Part shown: piece by piece, positions 18,871-28,161 of the stretch
Layout of the letters: each line of letters starts with the position of its first letter
Position numbering within the stretch: position 1 is the first letter of the stretch
IMG/VR virus record: IMGVR_UViG_3300032093_009077
Coordinates: 3,939-67,938 of that record
Length of the DNA stretch: 64,000 nt
Reading direction: 5' to 3' (one strand)
Source of the DNA: a virus
Translations under genes and position numbers: made by a program
Notes under the pieces: generated by a model
What the model was told of the DNA's origin: nothing
What the model saw: the letters and a program-made list of their open reading frames with translations, nothing else
Databases searched by the model: none

Positions 18871-21398
18871 GTAAATACTATACAAACGTTGTTGTACAAG
18901 GCAACAACATTCTCTACCGTGGTGTGCAAAAAGGTAGGCGAGTACGGATGAAAGTTCAATACTCGCCTACTTTGTTTTTGCCAACCAAAAAACCTACCGA
19001 TTTTAAAACTCTTTTCGGTGAAAATCTTGAGGCTATGCGATTCGAATCGATTCGTGAAGCTCGTGACTTTGTTAAGAGATATGACGGTGTAGAAAATTTC
19101 AAAATATTTGGAAATGATAGATATGAGTATGCCTTCATTGCTGATGAATTCAAAGCACAAATAGAGTGGGATCAAAACGAACTATCGATTGCAATCATCG
19201 ATATTGAGGTCGGTTCTGAAAATGGTTTTCCTGATCCATATCGTGCAAGTGAACCTATCACGGCTATTGCTGTTCGCCAATTAAATGGTGGCATTACTGT
19301 TTATGGTTGTGGTGACTATGAAGTGCAAGGTGAAGAAGTTTATATAAAATGTGATGATGAAGTTTCGTTATGTAAAAAGTTTTTAAGAGATTGGCAAGAT
19401 AACTATCCCGATATTATTACAGGTTGGAATACTGAATTCTTTGATATTCCTTATCTCGTAAATCGTTTTAAAAATCTTCTTGGCGAAGATGAAATGCGTA
19501 AACTTTCACCATGGAATAATGTGTGGGAAAGAAGAACCACTTTTAACGGGAGAGAACTAATTGCGTATAATATTTCCGGTGTTGCTGCTCTTGATTATAT
19601 TGAGCTTTACAAATGGTATGCGCCAGGCGGCAAATCACAAGAATCGTACAGACTTGATAACATCGCACATGTCGAACTAGGTGAAAAGAAATTAGATTAT
19701 TCTGAATATGATAATCTACACCAGTTGTATCGGTTGAATTATCAAAAGTTTATTGAGTATAATATTAAAGACGTAGAACTTGTTGTCAAACTAGAAGATA
19801 AACTAAAACTCTTACAGTTGGCCATTACTCTGGCATACGACACAAAAACTAATTATGAAGATGTTTTTGCTCAAACAAGAATGTGGGATTCTCTTATCTA
19901 TTCTCACCTTCTGGCTAAAAGAATCATTGTGCCGCCAAAGGTTGTCAAACGAAAAGATTCTGCATTTGAAGGTGCTTATGTAAAAGAGCCACAAGTTGGT
20001 ATGCATCCATGGGTCGCATCATTTGACCTTGATTCTTTGTACCCTCACCTGATGATGCAGTATAATATTTCACCAGAAACTCTTGTTGAATCTGATGATT
20101 ATACTGATGAAATGCGTCAGGTGTTGATGCAAGGTGTCAATGTTGATAAAATGCTTGAACAAAAAATTGACACAAAAAATCTAAATGGTGTTACACTCAC
20201 ACCAAATGGCCAATTCTTTCGCACCGATATTCAAGGTTTCTTGCCAAAAATGATGGAAGAAATGTATGAAGATCGTAAGAAGTTTAAGAAAATGATGTTG
20301 AAGGCTAAACAAGATTATGTAAACGAAAAAGATGAAGTAAAGAAGAATGAAATTGGTAAACTAGTGGCGAGATATAATAATCTACAACTAGCAAAGAAAG
20401 TTTCACTTAACTCTGCTTATGGTGCATTAGGTTCTCAGTATTTCCGTTTCTATGATCTTCGCCAGGCACTTGCAGTTACAATGGCAGGTCAACTTTCTAT
20501 TCGATGGATTGAAAAGAAGTTGAATCAATTTATGAACAAATTATTAAAAACGGAAAATGATTATGTCATCGCATCAGATACAGACTCGATTTATCTCCGC
20601 CTTGGTGAACTCGTTGATAAAGTGTATACGGGTGAGAAGAAAACTCCAAGAATTATCTCCTTCATGGACAAGGTCTGTGAGGATAAAATACAACCATTTA
20701 TTAATCAGAGCTATCAAGAACTTGCTGACTACGTTCACGCATACTCGCAAAAGATGAGAATGAAGCGTGAAGCTTTGGCTGACAAAGGTGTATGGACTGC
20801 CAAGAAACGCTATATTATGCATGTGTATAATAACGAAGGTGTTGCATACGATGAACCTGATATGAAGGTGATGGGTCTTGAAATGGTCAAATCATCTACG
20901 CCTTCTGCTATTCGTGAGAAAATGTCTTTGCTCATTAAAATTATGATTACCAAAGATGAAGCAGCAGTTCAAGAATTTATTGCAAACTTTCGTGCAGAGT
21001 TTAAGAAACTTCCGCCTGAAGATATTTCTTTTCCAAGAGGCGTGAATGGTATCAGAGAATACTCTGATTCTATATCGATATATAAGAAAGGTACACCAAT
21101 TCATGTCAAAGGTGCGTTGATATACAATTACATTCTTAAAGAAAAAGATTTAACAAAAAAATACCCTTTGATACAAGATGGTGAAAAATTAAAATTCTCT
21201 TATCTCAAAACACCTAATCCTGTAAAAGATACAGTCATTTCATATCCAAACAGATTGCCAGTCGAACTAGGTTTACATGAGTACATTGATTATGAATTAC
21301 AGTTCGAGAAATCCTTTATTGAACCAATTAAGATTATTCTTGATTGTATGGGTTGGCATGTTGAGAAACAGAGTTCATTAGAGGACTTTTTCGCATGA
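18867..21398 (+). CDS. gp43: Family B DNA polymerase
   Basis: DIEV exonuclease I, FDLDSLYP, KVSLNSAYG, SDTDS; no intein or intron seen. Confidence 0.98.
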   Translation: MSKYYTNVVVQGNNILYRGVQKGRRVRMKVQYSPTLFLPTKKPTDFKTLFGENLEAMRFESIREARDFVKRYDGVENFKIFGNDRYEYAFIADEFKAQIEWDQNELSIAIIDIEVGSENGFPDPYRASEPITAIAVRQLNGGITVYGCGDYEVQGEEVYIKCDDEVSLCKKFLRDWQDNYPDIITGWNTEFFDIPYLVNRFKNLLGEDEMRKLSPWNNVWERRTTFNGRELIAYNISGVAALDYIELYKWYAPGGKSQESYRLDNIAHVELGEKKLDYSEYDNLHQLYRLNYQKFIEYNIKDVELVVKLEDKLKLLQLAITLAYDTKTNYEDVFAQTRMWDSLIYSHLLAKRIIVPPKVVKRKDSAFEGAYVKEPQVGMHPWVASFDLDSLYPHLMMQYNISPETLVESDDYTDEMRQVLMQGVNVDKMLEQKIDTKNLNGVTLTPNGQFFRTDIQGFLPKMMEEMYEDRKKFKKMMLKAKQDYVNEKDEVKKNEIGKLVARYNNLQLAKKVSLNSAYGALGSQYFRFYDLRQALAVTMAGQLSIRWIEKKLNQFMNKLLKTENDYVIASDTDSIYLRLGELVDKVYTGEKKTPRIISFMDKVCEDKIQPFINQSYQELADYVHAYSQKMRMKREALADKGVWTAKKRYIMHVYNNEGVAYDEPDMKVMGLEMVKSSTPSAIREKMSLLIKIMITKDEAAVQEFIANFRAEFKKLPPEDISFPRGVNGIREYSDSISIYKKGTPIHVKGALIYNYILKEKDLTKKYPLIQDGEKLKFSYLKTPNPVKDTVISYPNRLPVELGLHEYIDYELQFEKSFIEPIKIILDCMGWHVEKQSSLEDFFA

Positions 21399-22225
21399 TT
21401 AAAATTAATTCTCAAGTGTGGTTGCCATTTGTAACTGCAATCGCATTGTCAGTAGTAGCCGCATATTATTCAATCATTGGTTTGGCACAGATATTTCCTG
21501 GTTCTTTTTGGCCAGTTGTTATCATGGGATCGATACTTGAAATTGCTAAACTGGTTACAATTTCTTGGTTATACAACAATTGGTCATTTGCAGGTAAATT
21601 ACTTAAAACATACTTTTCAATTGCGGTGTTTTTGTTAATGACAATTACATCGATGGGTATTTTTGGTTATCTTTCAAAAGCACACATTGATTCTACAATT
21701 GTTTCTGGTGCAAACACCGTACAGTTAAGAAACATCGAAGCACAAGAAAAGATTGCTAAAGAACGATTGACATATCTGTTACAACGTGCAGGTGACCCTG
21801 CAACGGCCACGAATAGAATTGACCGGCAGATACAAGAAACACAAGCAGAAATCAAACGAATTACAACTGAAAAATTACCTTTACTTGCAGAAGAAAATAA
21901 ACTGACGGCAGAAATTGGTCCAATTAAGTATGTCGCCGAACTTTTCTTTGATAAAGCAGACCCATCTTTTATAGATAAAGCTGTACGATCTGTTATTATT
22001 ACAATCATTATCGTATTTGACCCATTGGCAATCTTACTTTTAATTGCCGCTCAAAAAACATTCAAACAAACCCGTAAAAAGAAGATTATTACGGTAGAAG
22101 ATGGGGAAGAAAAGATTATAGAGGTTGACGATGATGATGATATTGTGATACAATATGATATGGAAGATATAAACGAAGTTATCCCTAAATCTAAGATTAC
22201 CAAACTTGACGGAGGTTCATTTTAA
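21395..22225 (+). CDS. Membrane protein with coiled coil
   Basis: Three N-terminal TM helices, GIFGYLSKAH, VFDPLA C-terminal TM. Confidence 0.75.
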   Translation: MIKINSQVWLPFVTAIALSVVAAYYSIIGLAQIFPGSFWPVVIMGSILEIAKLVTISWLYNNWSFAGKLLKTYFSIAVFLLMTITSMGIFGYLSKAHIDSTIVSGANTVQLRNIEAQEKIAKERLTYLLQRAGDPATATNRIDRQIQETQAEIKRITTEKLPLLAEENKLTAEIGPIKYVAELFFDKADPSFIDKAVRSVIITIIIVFDPLAILLLIAAQKTFKQTRKKKIITVEDGEEKIIEVDDDDDIVIQYDMEDINEVIPKSKITKLDGGSF

Positions 22226-22226
22226 C

Positions 22227-23285
22227 ATGGGTTTATTAGACAAACTGAAAAAGAATACGACAATTAAAGAATCGTCTATTCTTGAAAAATCAAAATTCTT
22301 TACTGAAAAAGATATGATTCCTACTGATGTGCCTATGATTAATGTGGCACTATCAGGCAGGTTAGATGGCGGCCTTGTACCAGGTCTTACAATGTTGGCA
22401 GGTCCATCTAAACACTTCAAAACAGCATTTGCATTATTAATGGCATCTGCATACATGAAGAAGTATAGTGATGCTGTTGTTCTATTTTATGATTCAGAAT
22501 TTGGCACACCACAGAAATATTTTGAAACATTTGATATTGATATGGGTCGTGTTCTTCATACACCAATTACTGATGTAGAAGAATTGAAACATGATATTAT
22601 GAATCAATTGCAAGGCCTGGAAAAAACAGACCATGTAATTATTGTAATCGATTCAATTGGTAATTTGGCTTCTCGTAAAGAAGTTGAAGATTCACTTGAA
22701 GGCAAATCTGTTGCAGACATGACCCGTGCAAAACAAATCAAATCATTGTTTCGTATGATTACACCACATCTTACAATTAAAGATGTACCAATGGTTGTTG
22801 TCAATCACACTTATAAAGAAATTGGCATGTTTCCAAAAGATATTGTTGGTGGTGGTACAGGTTCTTACTACTCTGCTGATACAATCTGGATTCTTGGCCG
22901 TCAGCAAGAAAAAACTGGTGGTGATATTGTTGGTTATAACTTTATCATCAATGTTGAAAAGTCTCGTTATGTTCGTGAAAAATCTAAAATTCCTGTCACA
23001 GTATCATTTGAAGGTGGTATCAACAAATATTCAGGTCTACTTGAAATTGCTCTTGAAGGAAACTTTGTTTCGAAACCTACAGCTGGTTGGTATGCAAAAG
23101 TAAATCAAGAAACTGGTGAAATTGATAGTCAGAAGTTCCGTGAATCTGATACTAACACAAAAGAATTTTGGAAAGATATTCTAAAAAATGCTAAGTTTAA
23201 AGAATTCATTTCGAAGAAATATTCTATCTCCTATGGTAGCATTATGGGAGAGGATGTTTCGGAAGAAGAAGTTACCGAAGTATAG
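22227..23285 (+). CDS. uvsX: RecA-like recombinase UvsX
   Basis: AGPSKHFKT, YDSEFG, IDSIGNLAS, VVNHTY. Confidence 0.96.
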   Translation: MGLLDKLKKNTTIKESSILEKSKFFTEKDMIPTDVPMINVALSGRLDGGLVPGLTMLAGPSKHFKTAFALLMASAYMKKYSDAVVLFYDSEFGTPQKYFETFDIDMGRVLHTPITDVEELKHDIMNQLQGLEKTDHVIIVIDSIGNLASRKEVEDSLEGKSVADMTRAKQIKSLFRMITPHLTIKDVPMVVVNHTYKEIGMFPKDIVGGGTGSYYSADTIWILGRQQEKTGGDIVGYNFIINVEKSRYVREKSKIPVTVSFEGGINKYSGLLEIALEGNFVSKPTAGWYAKVNQETGEIDSQKFRESDTNTKEFWKDILKNAKFKEFISKKYSISYGSIMGEDVSEEEVTEV

Positions 23286-23565
23286 ATTTCAAAACTCACC
23301 TGTAGATGATGTAACATGGGTTCAAATTACTGATGGTAGATATTCATCAGTAGTTTTTTCTTATGGTACAGTTCGATTCTCTTGGGAACTAGACATTCCT
23401 AAACTACAATTTAGTTACAATATTCTGCACTCAGGTAATCATGATCCTGATCTATTGAAAAATGATCAAGAATTTGTTACAATGATGGGAGATATTCTTA
23501 CAGAAATAATTATTGCGAATGAACCGATTAGAACAAACAATCCTCAAGAATCTGATTTACAATGA
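23233..23565 (+). CDS. gp40-like head vertex assembly chaperone (start uncertain, 23233 or 23254)
   Basis: Lies between uvsX and gp41 as T4 gp40 does; overlaps both. Confidence 0.55.
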   Translation: MVALWERMFRKKKLPKYRFQNSPVDDVTWVQITDGRYSSVVFSYGTVRFSWELDIPKLQFSYNILHSGNHDPDLLKNDQEFVTMMGDILTEIIIANEPIRTNNPQESDLQ

Positions 23566-24916
23566 TGACTATTCACGAAAAGTTTTGCCTTTTCTGAAAG
23601 CAGAATACTTTAACGACCTAACCGAGAAAACGGTATTCAATGAAGTCCAAGAGTTTATCAACAAATACAAAAATCTACCAACACATGAAGCACTTGTAAT
23701 TAATTTTACTGAAACTAAAAATCTAAGTGAAGAACAAGTCCGTGAATCAATACAACTTCTAAAAGAATTACACGAAGGTCGTAAAGAAGATACAGAAAAA
23801 CAATGGCTCATTGAACAAACAGAAAAGTTCTGCCAAGATCGTGCAATCTATAATGCAATTATGGAATCTGTATCGATACTTGATGATAAACAAGGCCGCA
23901 AATCAAAAGGTGAAATACCAACTTTGTTGAGTGAAGCACTTGGAGTTTCATTTGATTCATCGATTGGTCACGATTACATGCAAGATATGGATCGCCGATA
24001 TGATTTCTATCACAAGACAGAAGCTCGTATCAAATTTGACCTTGACATGTTCAACAAGATCACTAAAGGTGGTCTGCCAATCAAAACATTGAATATCGCT
24101 TTGGCAGGTACTGGTGTTGGTAAATCATTGTTTATGTGTCATATGGCTGCATCGTGTCTATCTCAAGGCCATAATGTGTTGTATATTACACTTGAAATGG
24201 CAGAAGAAAAGATTGCAGAGCGTATTGATGCGAATCTGTTGAACATTGACATGCAAGAACTTCATGTGATACCTAAAACTGATTACGAAAGAAAGTTTGA
24301 AGTATTGCGTAGTAAAACACATGGTAAATTAATCATCAAAGAATATCCAACTGCAAGTGCTTCTGTATTGCATTTTAGATCTTTGATTAATGAACTGCAA
24401 CTGAAAAAGAGTTTTAGACCAGATATTATCTTTGTTGATTACCTAAACATCTGTGCATCATCACGAATCAAACCAGGTGCAAGTGTAAACTCATATTCTT
24501 ATATCAAGGCCATTGCAGAAGAACTTCGTGGTCTTGCAGTAGAGTTTGCTGTGCCTGTTATGAGTGCAACACAAACAACAAGAAGTGGTTTTACAAATAC
24601 AGATCCAGGTCTAGAAGATACATCAGAATCTTTTGGTCTTCCTGCGACTGCTGACTTTATGTTTGCTTTGATTTCTACAGAAGAATTAGAACAGTTAAAT
24701 CAAATCATGGTCAAACAATTGAAGAATCGTTTTGGTGATCCTAATCACTTTAAGCGTTTTGTGGTAGGTATTGATAGAGCTAAGATGCGTTTGTTTGATG
24801 CAGAACCAACAGCGCAACAAGGTATCGTAGATGCAGGTCAAGATGACGAACCTATTAATACTTTTGGTAATCGTGAACGCAAGTTCAATTCTAAATTTGA
24901 AGGAATCAAAGTATGA
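23519..24916 (+). CDS. gp41: Replicative DNA helicase
   Basis: AGTGVGKS, TLEMAEE, FVDYLNI, SESFGLPATAD, KQLKNR. Confidence 0.97.
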   Translation: MNRLEQTILKNLIYNDDYSRKVLPFLKAEYFNDLTEKTVFNEVQEFINKYKNLPTHEALVINFTETKNLSEEQVRESIQLLKELHEGRKEDTEKQWLIEQTEKFCQDRAIYNAIMESVSILDDKQGRKSKGEIPTLLSEALGVSFDSSIGHDYMQDMDRRYDFYHKTEARIKFDLDMFNKITKGGLPIKTLNIALAGTGVGKSLFMCHMAASCLSQGHNVLYITLEMAEEKIAERIDANLLNIDMQELHVIPKTDYERKFEVLRSKTHGKLIIKEYPTASASVLHFRSLINELQLKKSFRPDIIFVDYLNICASSRIKPGASVNSYSYIKAIAEELRGLAVEFAVPVMSATQTTRSGFTNTDPGLEDTSESFGLPATADFMFALISTEELEQLNQIMVKQLKNRFGDPNHFKRFVVGIDRAKMRLFDAEPTAQQGIVDAGQDDEPINTFGNRERKFNSKFEGIKV

Positions 24917-25152
24917 AAGTAGTTCAATTTGAACCAAAGGTTGAAAAAACAAGTAAGAAGATGAAAGATGACTTGATTGAAGTTCTTGATGCATTGAGAG
25001 AAAAAATTGACAAAGATGAAGTCACAGAATTTGTAATATCTTCAATGCATGTTGATGGTGAAGTTGAAATCTATGCCTGCACCAAAGATTTTGTTGGTGC
25101 CATTGGACTATTTGAAGCAGGTAAACATAATTTATTAACACAATACGAATGA
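24913..25152 (+). CDS. Hypothetical protein
   Basis: ATGA coupling on both sides. Confidence 0.65.
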   Translation: MKVVQFEPKVEKTSKKMKDDLIEVLDALREKIDKDEVTEFVISSMHVDGEVEIYACTKDFVGAIGLFEAGKHNLLTQYE

Positions 25153-26261
25153 ACCTAGATCAAGCACTACATTGTTCAAAAGTCTTTGAAAATTATTTCA
25201 AGGATTTTAATCGCATTGATGAATACATGCGTGAACAAAAATTGAATTCATTGGCCGAATTACCTTTTGCTTTGCCTGGTTGTGGTCCCGAAGAAGATTT
25301 GTTTTCTGACTTCACTATGAATCCGCAAGATATGGATTTTGAAGTCATTGAAATGGAATCTAGTCGTTGGCAATTGTATCTTGACATTATTTCATCACAC
25401 AACAATCTTTCCAGTCCAGGCAGAAACTTACGATTAGCTGTATTAGAAAAAAATACTCAGAAGTGGGTTGGTTTTATTCGTATTGGTTCGCCAACAATTA
25501 TGATGAAACCGAGAAATGAATTGCTTGAGTGTGTAATCACCAATGAAGAAAGTACAACAAAGTCATTTAATAAAGCCGCAGCAATGGGATTTGTAATTGT
25601 GCCAGCGCAACCTTTCGGTTTCAATTATCTTGGCGGAAAGTTACTTGCAGGTATCTGTTGTTCACATGAAGTGAAATCGATGCTTGACAAAAAGTATAGC
25701 ATGAATACTTGTTTGTTTGAAACAACTTCATTGTATGGTAGTTCCAAATCTGTATCACAATATGACGGCATGAAGCCCTACCTCAGATTTGCTGGCACTA
25801 CTGATTCAGATTTTCTGCCAATGATGCATGGCAAACCTTATGAAGATTTAGTAAAATATGTAGAAGATGTAAATGGTGGCCCTATTGTACCTGAAGATGC
25901 AAGTAGTCGCAAGTTGAAGATCATTAATACTACAATTGCGATGACAAAATCAGCATTAAAGAGTCATAAAGATCATTATGATTCATTTATGAACATCATC
26001 GAAAAAGCCAAAAGTCTGACCGAAAAGAAAAGATATTACTATTCAAATTATGGTTATTCAAACTATAAAGATGTAGTACTTGGCAAGACCGACAAACTTG
26101 TGCCAGACAAGGAAAACTATGACAAACATGGTCTGGCCAACATCATAAAGTGGTGGAAGAACAAGGCTTGTAGTAGATTTACAACACTTCAGACAGAAAA
26201 CCGCATAAGAACAGACATGGAAGTATGGACTGGCGATAAGGAGATTGACATTATACGGTAA
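25149..26261 (+). CDS. DUF4338/DruA-like domain protein (paralog of 1870..3150)
   Basis: PGRNLR, IVPAQPFGFNYLGGKLLA, ETTSLYG..SQYDG. Confidence 0.6.
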   Translation: MNLDQALHCSKVFENYFKDFNRIDEYMREQKLNSLAELPFALPGCGPEEDLFSDFTMNPQDMDFEVIEMESSRWQLYLDIISSHNNLSSPGRNLRLAVLEKNTQKWVGFIRIGSPTIMMKPRNELLECVITNEESTTKSFNKAAAMGFVIVPAQPFGFNYLGGKLLAGICCSHEVKSMLDKKYSMNTCLFETTSLYGSSKSVSQYDGMKPYLRFAGTTDSDFLPMMHGKPYEDLVKYVEDVNGGPIVPEDASSRKLKIINTTIAMTKSALKSHKDHYDSFMNIIEKAKSLTEKKRYYYSNYGYSNYKDVVLGKTDKLVPDKENYDKHGLANIIKWWKNKACSRFTTLQTENRIRTDMEVWTGDKEIDIIR

Positions 26262-26278
26262 TTGTGGTAGGATAAATA
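26245..26278 (+). promoter_or_regulatory. Overlapping sigma70-like and late-like promoters
   Basis: TTGACA-N17-TAGGAT and GATAAATA. Confidence 0.55.
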
Positions 26279-26279
26279 A

Positions 26280-27386
26280 ATGATTATGAAAATCCCTACC
26301 AAAGTTAATACAGATACTTCAAGTCAGTCAGGTGCTGGTGCAGAAGTAACTGCACTAGCAGAATCACTACAGGCTTATGCTTGTGCAACTAGACAACACT
26401 ATGGCAAACCGTTAGGTGATATTTCTCAAGTTACTGAACGAACAATTGCTGATGCAGATTGCGATAGAACTTTGAAACAATGCATGAAAGGTCTAGATGA
26501 AAAATGGTTTTTAAGTATTGTCAAAACAGCAAACAAAATATTTGAAGAAGTTCCTGGTGCTCGATCAGGAAAGAATTTTAAGTTTTATCGTGGTGGTCGT
26601 TTTGTAGATTCTATTTACAATGAGTGGAGAAAATTTAAAAAAGAAAGTGGTATCACAGGTGATGACAAATGGAATCCTGCTGATATTTGGATGGTCAAAA
26701 AATCTTTTAAATTGAAAACTGGTTGGCCAACACTTAGAGATTATAACAGGTACATTTATGATGAGTTCGCCAAAACTAATTTGATCGGCATATCACTCAA
26801 AAAATTAGATCCAAAAGCCACATCTGCACATTCTAAAATATTTAATAACGGTAAACCATTAATTGCTAAGTTTAGAGGCATAAAACTTGGCAGTAATATG
26901 ACAGACTCGAAAGATATTTACATACAATACACATCTGAAGGTATAGATGGTGAAATACAGTTTAGAAATTTCTCAAGTAGACCACAACCATCATCGTGGC
27001 AAGGAGAAATTAAAGGTAAGACCGCAGCTGGTGGAAAAATTGGCGGCGGAGTAATATTTGCTGGTGCTATAGAATCTGGTGTGCCAAGAACGAAACTTAC
27101 GCAACCAAATCAAACACCAATTGATAAACCAAAAGATTCTGATTTTAAAGAATTTGCAACGATGTTTAAGAAATTATCTGGTTCAAAAGATAGCATAGAT
27201 AATTTAGTATTACAAGCAAAATCAGGACACAGAAAAGATAAAACTTGGTGGATGTCCAAATACATTGGTATCAGTTTAGTCTATAATGTAATACAAGCAG
27301 GAAAACAAGATGATTTCTGCAAATATATTTTTGAATATGCTTCATCAGCAACTAAGAACAGTAGTATTTTTATAAAGTACAGTTAA
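26280..27386 (+). CDS. Putative PD-(D/E)xK restriction-fold nuclease
   Basis: E...DKWNPADIW...GISLKK pattern. Confidence 0.5.
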   Translation: MIMKIPTKVNTDTSSQSGAGAEVTALAESLQAYACATRQHYGKPLGDISQVTERTIADADCDRTLKQCMKGLDEKWFLSIVKTANKIFEEVPGARSGKNFKFYRGGRFVDSIYNEWRKFKKESGITGDDKWNPADIWMVKKSFKLKTGWPTLRDYNRYIYDEFAKTNLIGISLKKLDPKATSAHSKIFNNGKPLIAKFRGIKLGSNMTDSKDIYIQYTSEGIDGEIQFRNFSSRPQPSSWQGEIKGKTAAGGKIGGGVIFAGAIESGVPRTKLTQPNQTPIDKPKDSDFKEFATMFKKLSGSKDSIDNLVLQAKSGHRKDKTWWMSKYIGISLVYNVIQAGKQDDFCKYIFEYASSATKNSSIFIKYS

Positions 27387-27418
27387 TGAACACGTAGAAG
27401 ATGATTTTTTTATAAATA
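27387..27418 (+). promoter_or_regulatory. Late promoter of the endonuclease preceded by a degenerate target-site copy (candidate operator)
   Basis: TATAAATA 27411-27418; TGAACACGTAGAAGATGA 27387-27404 matches 28161-28178 at 13/18. Confidence 0.7.
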
Positions 27419-27435
27419 GATGAGAAGGGAATTTT

Positions 27436-28077
27436 ATGTACGGATTCGTCTATTTGACCACCAATAAAATTAATGGTAAAAAATACATCGGAATGTGTAA
27501 AAACACACATGAAAAAAATTATTTGGGTTCTGGAAAATTATTAAAATCTGCCATAAAAAAATATGGAAAAGAAAATTTTGAAAGAGTTATATTGCAAGAA
27601 TGTCAAAATTTTGAGGAATTGAGTAAATCAGAAGAATATTGGATAAAAAAATATAATGCTGTTGAAGATAATACTTTTTATAATTTAACATCTGGTGGTT
27701 TTGGTGGTAACAGCGACTATTTAAAAGAGTATTGGAATAAATTTACCAAAGAAGAACGAAAAATTTGTAGGCAATGGATTAAAAGAGATGTTTATGGTAA
27801 AAATAATCCAATGTATGGTAAAAAACACTCAGAAGAAACTAAAAGAATCATAGGTTCAAAAAGTGTGAATAGAAATTGGAATAAACCTAACCATAAGGGA
27901 GAAAAAAATCCTAGAGCCAAAAAAGTTCTAGTTGAAATGGATAATTTGGTAAATCAATTTAATTGTCTAAAAACTTTTGCTAATAGTATTAAAAATATTC
28001 CTTACTCAACATTAAAGAGTATCGCAAAAGATGGAAGATATTCAAAAAAATATAATTTAAGAATAACATATGTTTAA
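27436..28077 (+). mobile_element. Free-standing GIY-YIG homing endonuclease with NUMOD3 (Seg-like)
   Basis: GFVY...KKYIG, YLGSG, FYNL, NPMYGKKHSEETK; very AT-rich. Confidence 0.9.
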
Positions 28078-28159
28078 TTTTAACGACTTTTTAATGGAGA
28101 AAAATCAAGGTGTACTTCTTGCTGAAGAAAAATCTGGCAAGAATGTTCACCTTGAATAG
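28070..28159 (+). CDS. N-terminal 29-aa segment of the ligase-like gene, ending at UAG inside an 8-nt insertion
   Basis: MFNFNDFLMEKNQGVLLAEEKSGKNVHLE*; continues as (E)HIEDEVLNRG in another frame from 28162. Confidence 0.65.
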   Translation: MFNFNDFLMEKNQGVLLAEEKSGKNVHLE

Positions 28160-28161
28160 CT

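Noticed and set aside
18867-24916. Inteins or introns in gp43, uvsX and gp41 (also checked nrdAB and gp61)
   Set aside because: Lengths and motif spacing are normal; no intein termini seen
28157-28159. UAG as evidence of stop-codon reassignment
   Set aside because: Readthrough would not restore the frame (8-nt offset), and all other genes translate intact in the standard code
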